In this document: piece by piece, positions 36,224-48,493 of the stretch
How the letters are laid out: each line of letters opens with the position of its first letter
Position numbering within the stretch: position 1 is the stretch's first letter
Assembly: GCA_905178155.1 (NCBI GenBank)
Contig: CAJINV010000015.1
Coordinates: forward strand, 1,850,920 to 1,914,919
Direction: 5' to 3'
Source of the DNA: Amoebophrya sp. A120
Lineage: Eukaryota > Protista > Dinoflagellata
Length of the DNA: 64,000 nt
Notes under the pieces: model-generated
What the model was told of the DNA's origin: nothing
Seen by the model: only the letters and a program-made list of their open reading frames with translations
Database searches by the model: none
Position numbers and translations under genes: made by a program

Positions 36224-39200
36224 ATGGCGGGCAAAAAGTCCAGACACTCCTACTCGGACTCCTCCGCGGGGGAATCGCGCAGGAGGACCGAACGCCGGCG
36301 AAAGCAGCATAACGCAATGCCTAAGCAACATGGGACAACGAGAAGTGACAAGGTCAAAGGCGAGCCTTCTGCTGGCGAAGATGTCCCCCGCCGCGAGAAT
36401 AGTGCTCGTCCGTACAACGATGGCCTTAAACCGAGGCGGGAGCGAGATCTCGGCAATGACGATGGCGTGACGAAGGGGACGAGCTCGCCACGTGAGAAAA
36501 AGGAACAAAAGAAAAAAAAGTATAGTAAGTACCATAAAAGATTTTGATGTTGAGTTTTGCTCTCATCGGTGATGCGTGATGGTGATGGTGTGTGGTGAGT
36601 TGAATCAAATTTCTTAAAACTGAAAAACTACACACAGGAAAAATCGCCGCCACAGTGGTCCAGATCAATCGCCCTCTTCGTCTCGCGCTTCAAGCTCGGC
36701 GCAAAAAAACGTCACTCGCTCGGAGCGCAGAACAAAGGAGAAAAAAGAAGATGAGTTTGAGCGAAACTACAAGGTTCGACGTGGTGAGAGGAAGGGGCAA
36801 TCGCAGGCTCCAACGCCGCGCACAAACCGGAAAAAAACTCCCCATCACAAGAGTGCCAACATCTCTGGTTCCGATGCTGCACTCGGAGATCGTGACAGGA
36901 GCCGGGGAATCGTACAACCAACTTCGGGATCTTCCTCTGCGGAATCGTACAACCGTGTGGGCAAGAACACGGCTTTCATCCCGGATGGGTCTACTAGGGA
37001 GAAGGGGAAAAAGAACCACGTCTGGAAATTGACGCCAGAGGAACTGGAAATACAGCGGCAGGCCTTTGCAAAGCGGCCCGATCGCATGGTTGTTCCGCAT
37101 TTGGCTGGTGCTGCTGCTGCTGCTGCTCCAAGAGCCCGCTGCTCATCTCAATCGTCAAAGAAAGTGGAGCCACCAGATGTAGCTCCCGCAGCGGAGGAGG
37201 ACGCAACTGCATCTCCGGGTGGAGCACCCACGGGCAGTCGCAGCACGAAAGATGTAGACCCCGGAGGGAAAACTAAAAAGGAACGGAAGAAGGATGAAAA
37301 AAAGTCGAGAAGGCAAAAAGAAGAGCGGGTAGCTGGATCAAGCTCTAGGTCTAGGAGCCCCCGCGGCAGTCGAAACGGGTCCAATCCTCGACGTAACGCG
37401 AAACTTAAAGTTCCGAGCATAGCCTCCCGCAAAAGTCAAGCTGCTGACGCGACTGGGCAAGAAGAACGTGACGACAGAGCAGCTAGTACTATGCGCCGAA
37501 GATCTCCTACTACAAATCGGCCTGCTGACAAGAAGAACGCTCCTGGAGTAGATCCTGAGACCACTTTTGCTGGCGGCTTTCTTGGCAAATACGGTGAGGT
37601 GATTGGTTGCAGCTCCCTGACTACATCGTCGAGCGAAGAGGACGAACGTCGCAGGCGTGAAAAACGGCGGCGTGGCGAAGAACATGTTGACAAAGACGCC
37701 AAATTGGCAGGTTATCGCGAGCGCGATCACGAGATGAAATCCGGCTTTTCGAGAGAATCACGGCAAAGGCGATGTGATCGTTCTAGCACGGACGACGAGG
37801 TAATAAATGCAAGTACTCAATTGGTAGCAAGTCTTCGATGCAGTGAGGAGGAGCTGCTCGTTCCTTTCATCAGGCTATGGCTCGTATTAACTACGTATTG
37901 ACCTTTGCATTTTCTAAATCGATTATTTTGCTTTTTATCCCTCTCTGGTGTGTCTTTGCTTCAGCAGTTCATCTTCGTGCTGACTTTTTATTGTCTTCAA
38001 ATCTACACACAGTCACTCACCGTCAAGGATGAACTCCTCGTGGAACCTGCTGGTGCAAATGATCCTGCGCAAGAAAGCGCCGGCGTGGAGCAGCGAAACA
38101 TTGCCGATACGCTTCAGAAGACCGCTACCGATCGTTCCAACGATGGAGGTCCGGTAGAAGACGGAAAATCCCAGTCAAAACTTGGTGGACCTCCGGGTGC
38201 CGTCGTGGCATCGTCTTCTACTGCACACCTCGAGCAGGAGACAAACCAGCTGGCAGAATCAGGAGATGAACAAGACGAGGCCGCAGATGAACCAGTCCGG
38301 CTCACCCTACCGGACAACGTTGCTAGCCAGCACGCCTGGTCTTTGGAAACTACGAAAAATGCCCACTCGTTCCTGTTGCAAAACGAGGAGTGGCCAGACT
38401 TCCTGGAAAAACTCCACAGCGTGTCGTTCCCCCCAGTAGCTGCTACTCCGACGACTGTTCAAGATCCGCACGAAAAAACACTGCTCGTTACCGACGATGC
38501 AGCCGAACAGGAACACGAGGATGAAGACGCTTCAAGGTCCTCGTCCGATAGTGCGTCGGTACTGTATCTGGCTCTGGCCCTCCAGAAACTTGCGGGACGG
38601 CTGGAGGCAGGCGTAGGCGTGACGCAATCTTCTTCGAAAAAGACCGGTCGCCGCTCTACCCCGGCACCCTCCAAGTTCATTCCGTTTCAACTGCGATCCA
38701 TCATCACAGAAGCTGTGAAAAGACACGTTGTGCACCGTACCCCAATAGCGGTCGTTTCTCTCGCGGGAGAGGAATCAATATGCACTGCAAAAGTATCGTA
38801 CTCGTAGTAATTGCCGGATGCATGACAAATCTCCTATCTTAGGTGAATCAGCATTGCAAGTTCTATTTTTCTTCTTGGAGAAATTTGTCATGCAATTCCC
38901 ACTAGTTGTACGATACTTTTTCTTTTGCAATGCATAGTCCACAACTGAACCACCGCTGACAACCTGGACAACCTGGAAAAAGCCGACTTTCTGCGAGTCG
39001 GTTCTACGACAGTGCACAACTCCCGCCCCTCCCCCTCATTTGTCATGCAAAATACCGAGTCCACATCTTGCCTTGAAGGATTCGGCGCATGACAAGTTTT
39101 GGACGCCCAAACAGGACTACATTCCAGGTGCGGATTCATTGTCATGCAAAAGCTACACTTGTGGCATTGCTTCTGTTGCTGCTCATGCTATATAAATGAG

Positions 39201-42200
39201 GGGGAGGGCAAGTTGTGCACTCTCATAGATTCGTTCGGTGCTACACAAACAGCAGAAATTTATCGTTGAGCAGGAAAGCGAAACGTTTGGAAAGGAGCAG
39301 CACGCCCTGCTCGGCTGCGCCCACCACTGCAGCGAATCCGAATTGCAATTCTTTGCAGACGATTTGCCCGGGTTTGTGGTCTTCGTACTGACGTTGGCGA
39401 AAGTGGTCGAGGTGGAGCGGGTTTTGCTGCAGTTACGAAGGGAGGAAAGGGAGCTACTGGAGGAAGAGGAAGATGAATACGAGGAAGATCATGATCCGGA
39501 GATGGACGCTGCCAGCGGCCTTTTGGAAATCGCCGAGAAGGTGAGGAAAAAAATCCGCAGTGACAATTGGAAAAAGGGGCTGAAGACAAAACTGCTGGAG
39601 CGTCTGGAAACGATCTCGGCGAAAGATCTTTTGGTCGTTGGTGGAGGTTCATCATCGTCGGCGTCAGTCAGCAAGAGATGCAATATCACTGTCAACTTAT
39701 CGAAAAGCCCCTACATGTTGATCTTTCTCTCTCGTCTCGTCAAATCCACCCAGGGCTGCAACGTCGATCTGTTCGGTATGGCGTTCTCAAACGTTACATT
39801 CTCAGCTGTTACATGATCTGTCATGCAAGAACAGCAATAGTGAAAGAGGCAAGATTGCAGCTTTCGCATTACAGACTTTCCACAGATTATCATGCTGCTT
39901 AGCCCTTCGAAAATTTGTCACGCTAAGCACCTTGATCAAGTGGAGGCTGATGGCAATCTTGCATGACAAATCCGTGTAACAGTTGAGAATGTAACAGTTG
40001 AGAGCGCCATACTCGGTTTGTTTTCAGAAATCGACCGGATTTGTGGAGAGAAACTCGATAAGGAATCCGACCGGGACATGGCAGAGTACGAACATGGAAA
40101 GGACCTGCAAATCCTCCTGGCTGTTTTGGCGGAGAAAAAAGCGGAGGCGGAGCGGAAGAAGCAGGAAGATGAGCTTCTTCGGTCTCTCCGGTCTGACGTG
40201 CAGCAGGCTGTGCAGCAAGCCGTCGCAGTGGATGGTCCGCGAAATAAACTTAAACTACACAGTCGCACTATGGATGAACGGGAAACGGGCGCGAGTGTTG
40301 TCGTGATCGGTGGCCGCGACCTGGCCATGGATGACAACTTCGGGGGACTGGGGGTGCGAGACAATCAAAGAAATTGCGCAACGCCACACAGCCACATGAT
40401 GAACAATGACAGCCCCTATAGTTGTGCAGGTGTTCAAGATCATATGGTGTCTGGAAACTACGCTCGTCGCGCGGGTGCGCAAGTCCAGCTGGGAGACCAA
40501 AGCTTCGTCGTATTTTCGCCTCGCCCAACGTCTTCGCGAGACGTTTCCGTCGGGTCTACTTCGCGCCGCGATAGCCACCGAAACAAGCACATTGGCGCGA
40601 GGAGAGAGATTTTTGGCGGGCAGGAGGAAAGTGCAGGGCCAGATGATCTCCCTTCTAGTTCTAAGCATAACCTCCGGGTGGAACAGCAGCTACAGCTACT
40701 ATCCCCGACAGCATCCGACTCCGACAGCAGTTTTTTACCGGTGTCGAAGGAGAAGGGGCGTTTAGGACGAGACAGAAAGACGGCACAACTCCGAGGACAC
40801 GACTATCCACAGTAAATTTCCCGTACACGTACAAATGCAGTCTCTGCATGACATAACTCGCCTTCAATCCTAGTCCAGCATGACAAGTTGGACTCTGCAA
40901 GGTAGCGAAATTTGTCATGCATTTTGTGCGTGTACAGGAAATTTACATTGCATAACGACAATAACAATTCTTCTGGGCGAAGGTTACGCCAACATCGCGC
41001 AGAGCTGTACTCCAATCCCAGCGACGCTTGCTCGGACGGGGATGGTGGAGGTTTTTTCAACGACGCAAGTAGTCTTGACGAGGAGAAAGATCGTTCGCGT
41101 TCCCGAGATAACAGGATAAGAGCCGGACAAGTCAACAATAAAGGGTCGCTTTCTGGCACGAGGCGGAGAAGCGCAAGCTCGTTAGATGGTCGGAGCTCTT
41201 CGTCCTGCGAGGACCACGACAACAGACCAGCTTCGCCAGAGAGTAAATCTCGCGGAGTTTTTAGGTTTCTGCATCAGCACCTGCTCGACGAAATAAAAGA
41301 CGAACAGAAAAAGAGAAGCTGTAGAAACAACAAGAAACGGACCAACGGCGCGGCTGCGGACGAGCAGGATGTGGATGCCAATTTAGCGCCGAAAAATAGA
41401 GATACACCTCTTCCGAGCACGCCTCCTAAGGACAAGAGTACTGCTCAACAAGATGAAGAGCAGCCAAGTACATCATCGCGATCGCCGGATATTAATCACG
41501 ACAAAGCAGATGTCGTGTCTAGCTCGCCCAATAATTTGCAGAAGGTTCTTGATCGGGCCCTTCTTTCGGCATCATCTCGTCTGGACGAGAGACGCGACGA
41601 CGAGCAGCCCATCTCGGAGTCGGAGCTGAGGTTTGAAAATAAAAAGTCCAAGAAAAAAGAGGGTGAACAGTCGGTAGATCATACTCGGCACGAGGACACT
41701 GAGCGACGTATAATCCCCGCAGTGGACTACAAAAACCGAGTGGCGGGGTCGTGTGGAGACGTGTCAGAAGACAAAGAAGGCCAGAGCCAGAGCGGGTCCC
41801 GTAATATCGTGCATGCAGCTCTAGATAAGGATGACGCGGCTCGCATCACGGCAACAACTGCAGTTCCGTCACCGACACTGGACGAAAATAAGTTCCACGA
41901 GGCAGCGGACGATTTTATTTCAGCGAATGGGAATGCACTTCCACATGCGGCCTCCTGTGCTCGGCAGACCGAATATCAAGTCTCTGCAGAAGCACAAGGC
42001 GACGATGCGAAATCTTCGAATGGTGCATCGCCCCAAACTGCAAGAAGGGAGTGTAGCCGACCCGAGTCTCCTTTCGTGTGTAGTAAAACTCGTCGAAAAA
42101 AAGGAATTCCTTTTTGCCGATCGCCGCCCGGGCTGGGAAGTAGTAGTGCACAAGACGAGACGCTGCGATCGCTCGAGGTCAAGGAGGAGGATTGTCGTGA

Positions 42201-45200
42201 AGATGTGCGTGACACGCTCGTAAGTGTGACTGCCTCGTCTACCGATCGAAGAAAAACATCACATCATCGACGAGAAGTTGCACAACCTTCAATGTCGGAC
42301 GGTGCGAGTAGAAGTAGTTCTACTTCATCTTCCTCTTCTTCTCCCCGGCGGCCGAAAGGAGATCAAGACGCGGTTGCAGGTGAGTCACCTATTACAACTT
42401 CGAGGTCGTCAACATCGTCACCCATTGTACCGGTGCGCCGATCTTCTTCTTCAGGCATAATTCGCGCTAAGACTACTGAAGCCAGAAAAAAGATCCGAAA
42501 GACAGAGAAAAAGCCAGCAGCCTCTTCCCCCGGCTCCCTCAGCAGTGAACAGCCATCCCTGCGGTACCGTGGCCCCTCTGCGCTAGTGTCGCGTCGCGGT
42601 CCGCATGCTCGTCCTTCTTGGCGCCCAGGTTCCACTCCGCCTGACATTAGAGTAGAACGGCGCAGACGGCTGTTGGCGGACGCGCAGGCTGTGCTTGACA
42701 CGACTCCGCCCTCGGATCCGCGCCACGAAGCGTCGCTAATCGTGACTACGGAAAAATCTTCAGAAGAGTCGAGCGGGACGACGAGCAGGAGCTCTACATC
42801 TACTACTTCTTTTTCCAGCGATGAGGATAACCATGAGCAGGCCGCTAGAAGGCGGAGCAAAAGTCGTGGCGCAGACCATGACGCAGCTTCTACATCATCT
42901 TCTAGCACGACCAGCAGCAGCGGCTCGCGCGGTTGCTCGGTTGTAAGAAGCACGAGCAAGATTGCAAAGAAGCCGTCTGCCACGTCACGACGTGACCAAC
43001 AACCACATCACGATGTTGTGCAAGAACGCCGAGGAGGACCAAGAAACGACTTCAACAACCACAGAAATCTTCAAGAAGCGTCATTGTCTGCTGGTGGTGC
43101 TGTCGCTGCCAACAGTTCCGCGGCGGGGGCCGCGGAGATGGGCTTGAGAAATTTCGAGGACCGCTTCGATCGCGGCACTAGGCATGACGTCGGCAGGTGC
43201 CAACCCATTCAGGTTCAGCCTGAGGTGTGGCGGACGCGGGACCGGCTGAAGATGCGAACGGGCCAACCCGAGCAGCACCGGGGCCAGCAGCAACTACCCG
43301 CGCCAGCAGAGGAAGGCATCTACGGGAGCATCGGCAATCGCGAGCGCCCAGTGTATTGGGATCCCTACAGACCAGGGGGGACGCAAGAAACAGCAGAGCA
43401 GAACGACAGACAGCTTCGGAAATTTTTAGACAAGAAAGGCCGACAGAGAGCAAATTGTCCCCGTCCTACGATTCAGCCGGTGCCCGTTCGGGTCATGTCG
43501 GGTCTCGGGGTTCAGCAGGCGTATGATTATTTCCGTGGGAGCCGCATGGACATGCCGGCAGCGAGGATAGCAACGAAGTACGTCGCGCCCTCGGGGCCTC
43601 GCGCTGTTGCTCGATCTCGCCCAGCTGCGCCAGATGTCAGAGCGGGCGGCCCTTCCCCTACCAGCAGGAGAGGCGTTCGCGTTGGACCCCCATCCAGGAT
43701 GAAGAGTAAGCAAGGGAAGACGCGCACTTTTTCGCCGGGGCGCAACCGGAACCACGCAACTGCGGACGAGCAACGCAACGGGAGCCGAAAGCAGGACCGT
43801 CACACTCAGCGGGTCGCCGCGCAGAGGAACCACGCGGCTGTCGCACGCCGGCAGGACGGAAGGAGTAGCACAAATCAGAGAAATTATGCGAGGCACAGCC
43901 CATCTCGTTCACCTCCGTTAGAGGTGGCCCATCAGCAGCACCGGAGCCAGGACCCGCGAGAGCAGCGTATTCTACACACCATCACGCCGCGACCGGGCCG
44001 ACCCGGTAGGCTTAATTTCGAGAAGGCTATGACACTGCCAACAATGTCAAAAGCCTGCATTGTTCTCAGTTTTTTTTTCCGGGCTCGCTGCAGCTTTTGC
44101 TATAGTTTTAGAATTTGATCAAAGCAGCTTCTGCTATGTCAGCTTTTGATGCTATATTTTTTTGAGAGTCTTTGCTTTGACATTGTTGGCAGCGCCATTA
44201 TACCGACCGCGATGCAGCAGGTTTGGCTGATATCCATGGAAAATAAGAATCTAAACTGCGCTATCGTGCACGAATCAGACTCTGATGATATGATGAACTA
44301 TGATTCGTCTTCGCTTGTTCTCACGCAAGATGTAGATGCTATGCGCCACTATTCTCATGGCAACCACATTCTTGATGGCACTCGTACCATTATATGATCC
44401 GTTTTTACACAATTTCCGATTCATCCGTGCGGAATTTCTATGAAATTGGCAGGAGCAGGTGCAGCCAGGAATGAGTAAACAAATTTGCCACGGTATTGCT
44501 CATTACTTCAGTGCAGTTTTGTTCCAGGATAGCTTGCCTCCCAGCCGAAGAGCCCTGGGATACCGAGCCAGATTTGCGACCACTTGCACTGTTTTCAAGC
44601 GGACTCCAGGGGCAGGCACCATCGCATTCCCTATTACGAACCCATAGTAGACACTGGAAGCGGCGCCGGGATGTTCTGCATGTTGTGCGACAAGATTGCC
44701 GATAGTGCTCACTGCCAGTCGGAGGCGCACCTGAAAAAAGCCGAAGTATTCGAGATGATGCACGAAGCCGACCGGGCAAAGCGATCGAAGTTGCTGCTCC
44801 CCTACCCGGAGGCGCCGTGGGTGATGTACAAGGTTCACCGCAACGGGTATTGCTTTCTGAAAGACGAAGCGGACTGGTGGCCTTATTGTTTGTTGTGCGC
44901 TGGTATCCTGTGCAAACAAGCATCGCACTCGGGTACGTGGGCTGCTACCTTGCATATGCATGACAGATTGCCGCATGACAAGCGCAAGCTATTTGTTGCT
45001 TAGTACTTCTTTGCTGGGATGAATTCAAACTGGGTTGTAATGCGTTCTATACTAGTGCGATACTTGTTTTGCGAAACTTCATACGGGAGAACGGGGGGCA
45101 CGATATCACGCGGAACTATGAATGCCGCTGGTCCTTTCCGCTCGACAAGGACACCCCGCACATCTGCGGCCCGGTCGGGGCTGGAAAAAACAACAAGTCG

Positions 45201-46427
45201 CAGGGCCGCTGGCATGCGGAGTTTGTCCGTGAGTATTGGGCCAAGCCGGCAAAGCGGCGGGAGGTGGAGAGCCAGCGGAAAAGGATCTACGAAGCGGACA
45301 AGGAGTATTACAACTACCGCTGCTGGGAGGCAGGCAGCACGCGGGGCGCGATTGTGCGGCGGGCGGGGCACAAGTTGATGGATTGCGGAAAGGACGAAGA
45401 TGAGGACTGGTTGTCGGGGGAGGAGGAAGATCCGAGGAAGGAGGTTTTCAGACAGAAAGAAAAGGAGCGAGAAATAGAATACGTGGAGCAGGACAGCAGC
45501 CCCCTCAGCAGCGCGCCGGCAGATCACGCGCATAGCTACAGGGGCGGACGAGGAGACGCAAGGCGGGGCAGAAACTTCTATCACCGACGAGCGGGCAGGC
45601 GAGCGGACGAGGCTACGTCTTGGCGGAACTACGTGGCCAGCCGTCGAGGCAGTCATGTCGAGAGCATTACGTCATCGGCTGCGCAAGTAGATTTCTCCTC
45701 GTTTATCAGAAGTGCAACTGATGTGACAACTGACTCCGCGTCCGCCATCAGGTTTTTTTTTTTGTTTTGTGAAAAAGTAAAAGAAAAACGCATGCACAGC
45801 ATGAATATAAATTAGTTTTCAGTGCGTCGCCCCCGTCGCGTAGACTGTATAGCTTTTTTCGACGGGCTGACGCGAGTCTTGCTGCTTTGAAAACTCAAGC
45901 ACATTCTTCGCATGCACACACTTCAAAGCGATTTTTGTTTTTGTACACGAGGTCCTCGCTGCTTTGCATGACAAAATGGGAGCGAGGGGTCACTTGTTGC
46001 ACTTTGTGTAGTTGCATACCTCCCGACCCGACAACCTCCGACTCGGAAGAGAGCGACCAAGATCCACGCGCACCATGGAGGCAAGGCGGTAGATGGTATC
46101 CGCTGGAAATTTGCTGCACAGGATGCTGACGCACAAATTAGAACCGCCTTGCATGACACAACCAGCGATCTAGGTGTAGTGGGCCTACTTACGAAGTTCT
46201 TGCAGCATAGCCATGTGCTTTTTCTGTGCGTCCTCGTGTCGTGGGGTGCTACACTTTTCCAACTGCATAGAGGGGGGAAAGCAGGCCGTGGTGGAGTCAC
46301 ACCAGGAGAAGCGGGAACTACAGGCACTACTAGCCTGCCCGCCCCGGCGAAGGGCAAGGGTAAGGGAGAAGAGCTGGCTGCTGCCATGCGGGCGGAAGTA
46401 GTAACTACTGGGAATTCCAAGCAGTAA
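36224..46427 (+). CDS. Very large Arg/Ser-rich low-complexity protein with U1/matrin-like C2H2 zinc finger(s) near the C-terminus; join around 45690-46020 unresolved
   Basis: GT-AG introns 36520-36637 and 37800-38012 plus introners link ORFs 36224, 36957, 37905, 39238, 40018, 40912, 44146, 44584, 45069; motif FCMLCDKIADSAHCQSEAHLKK. Confidence 0.6.
38779..38936. mobile_element. Introner family A (158 bp)
   Basis: Family A TIRs; TSD atcaa/gtcca; frame restored. Confidence 0.88.
39005..39227. mobile_element. Introner family G (223 bp)
   Basis: tacgacagtgcacaact...ctccccctcattt / aaatgagggggagggcaagttgtgcactctcata; TSD ggttc/gattc. Confidence 0.9.
39777..40011. mobile_element. Introner family C (235 bp)
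   Basis: Family C TIRs; TSD ttcgg/ctcgg; interior inverted relative to the 56882 copy. Confidence 0.93.
40804..40954. mobile_element. Introner family F (151 bp)
   Basis: Family F TIRs; TSD acgac/acgac. Confidence 0.95.
44028..44199. mobile_element. Introner singleton (about 172 bp), TSD not preserved
   Basis: TIR tatgacactgccaacaatgtcaaa / tttgacattgttggcagcgccatt. Confidence 0.7.
44231..44531. mobile_element. Degenerate introner (301 bp)
   Basis: tatccatggaaaa / ttttgttccaggata; TSD gctga/gcttg; frame restored. Confidence 0.6.
44904..45083. mobile_element. Degenerate family A introner (180 bp)
   Basis: tatcctgtgcaaacaagcatcgcactcg / ctagtgcgatacttgttttgcgaaacttcata; TSD poorly preserved; frame restored. 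Confidence 0.7.
46097..46269. mobile_element. Introner singleton (173 bp)
   Basis: tatccgctggaaa / ttttccaactgcata; TSD gatgg/gaggg. Confidence 0.7.
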
Positions 46428-47370
46428 GTAGTGGAAAAAGCCATCCTGCTACGACGGGACGGCCGAGGACTTACGGCTGACGTGCTAATATTCTTCCGGA
46501 AGGTTGCAGCGAAATCAAAATGGAATTTGAGGAGCAAGAGTCACAATTAGTATCGTAAATAGTATCTTCAGTTGCATGCACTTCTACTACTTCTATCGCG
46601 CAATCGCAATGTCACAGTACTCGTCGCAAAATACGTCCACTCGCAATTTTGGTTGAATCCCATTCGCTTTTTTGAAGAAAACAATCCGCTTCCGGCACGA
46701 AAAAGGAACAAACGCTTGAGCAAGAAGATGACTGGGTATCATGAGCACGATCGCCTTGGTGTTGATCATGATCTTCTGACTCAGTAGATTTTCTACTTGG
46801 ATGAAACAGCTCCAGCTTCACAAACGGCATGGATTCTCGCCTCGCCTTCGGTAACTGAGCATGCGTTCTTTCTGTCGGTTTCCTTCACTAGGAACAAATA
46901 CAAAGGTGAAGACCGTTTTTCCCCACTACATCAGCTTCTGCATCTCCATCTCCCGTTATTGCTTCGTGCATGAGCGATGACGCAGATTGTACTTCGCAAC
47001 AGCTGTGAAGAGTGCATCATGGAAACACAAACTAAGTACTTACACAGCGGACAATTAGGAGAGAGCGCTGTCTGACGAAGACGAGTTGTGAAGTTCTAAC
47101 TTTTCTTCGTAGAGCTCCAGCATCGTCGATTGTCTGGTTTCGTGCTAGTACTCGCAGGGCAGTGATAATGAATCAGTGCCCGTACCAGGCTCAGACCCTA
47201 CATGATGTTACGCAAGCCGTATTTTACAGTTATCAGAATCAGTATGAAGACGCTCGAAACAGTTTCTGCTGGATTGACTCCTACTTATTTATCATGAAAC
47301 ACTACCAGTAGAAGTCCCGCCTGCACATCCTAGAATTCACGAGCTGTTCCGAAAAAGAACAAAAAGCAAG

Positions 47371-47760
47371 ATGGCGGTAGAGGATGTTTCAGCCCAGCCG
47401 AGCCATTTGGAGCATGGCGAAAGGGCGGGCCAGCCAGGTCAGCCTACCAGGAGAAGTTCGGGTCGCAGTCATGATCATGGTTCAGCTGCGTTAGGAGCAG
47501 TGCTAGCAAAGCAGGATCACCACGCATCAACGACCCCAGTCGGTGGAACTACAGGTGGCGAGCCGACGCAGCTTCAAGAAGAGATTGCAGCCGCAGGAGG
47601 AGCGAGCAGTGACCAGCTTCTAGATGACGCAAGTACAACCGCAGCAAATAAGTCGCAGGAACTTTTTTCCAGCCAGCATCAGCGGGGTGTGTACCTGATG
47701 GGCCAGCTGCTGAGCGTCGGGATCGCGCTGACGACCGGAATGGTGGTGGTTGTGGTGTAG
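47371..47760 (+). CDS. Small hypothetical protein with C-terminal hydrophobic tail
   Basis: 129-aa ATG ORF ending LLSVGIALTTGMVVVVV; composition like neighbouring genes. Confidence 0.45.
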   Translation: MAVEDVSAQPSHLEHGERAGQPGQPTRRSSGRSHDHGSAALGAVLAKQDHHASTTPVGGTTGGEPTQLQEEIAAAGGASSDQLLDDASTTAANKSQELFSSQHQRGVYLMGQLLSVGIALTTGMVVVVV

Positions 47761-48493
47761 TAGAGCTGCGAAGGTTGATGAATCCGCCTGTGGTGCCATC
47801 GTGTAACAAAACCAAGAAGAGAGTCTCCTCGCTGCAGCTTTCACAACTCCTCGTTCCTCGTACCGGCACCGAACTAGTATGAAGTAACACGTAAATCGAG
47901 AAGGGTCAAGAATCTTTATTCTTTCAGCAGGCCAATGAAGCGCTGACGCTGAGACAGACGTACGAATAGATAAAGAAGAACTCAGGTCATTTCACTGTAG
48001 AACATTCCTTGCTCAGTTTCACCATCGCTGATAACAAACAACTTTTGACAGAGTACAGTAGGACAGAACTGTTGATATACGCAAATTGCTTTGCATTCAC
48101 AGAGAAACTTATCACGTGTGTTGACTCGTTCGTTCCGTTCGCTTTGTTTCGAAATTTCATCGCAGCCTGCAGAGCTTGTCTTGTGCTTCTGACCTTGTAG
48201 CAGCCGGTGGCTCGAGGAAAAATGCGACATAAAGATGTTCAACAATTTCTGTGTCGCTCCGCAAAAACGAAGTGGTGCTTTCAGCCAAGTTTTGAAGTTG
48301 AAGGCAAGCAGGATCAACCCTTCGGAGGGAGTCGAGGGCAGCCTGGCTGCTCAATAATAGAATTCTTTGTAGTTCTTAACAACGGGAACGGAATCAATTT
48401 GAAAACGACTGCGTAAAAAGACTGTAAAGAGAGGTAGCCACAGTGACAGTTCGAGGTGGACCGCCAGTTTTTTTTTTCACGCGGCAGGTCGAA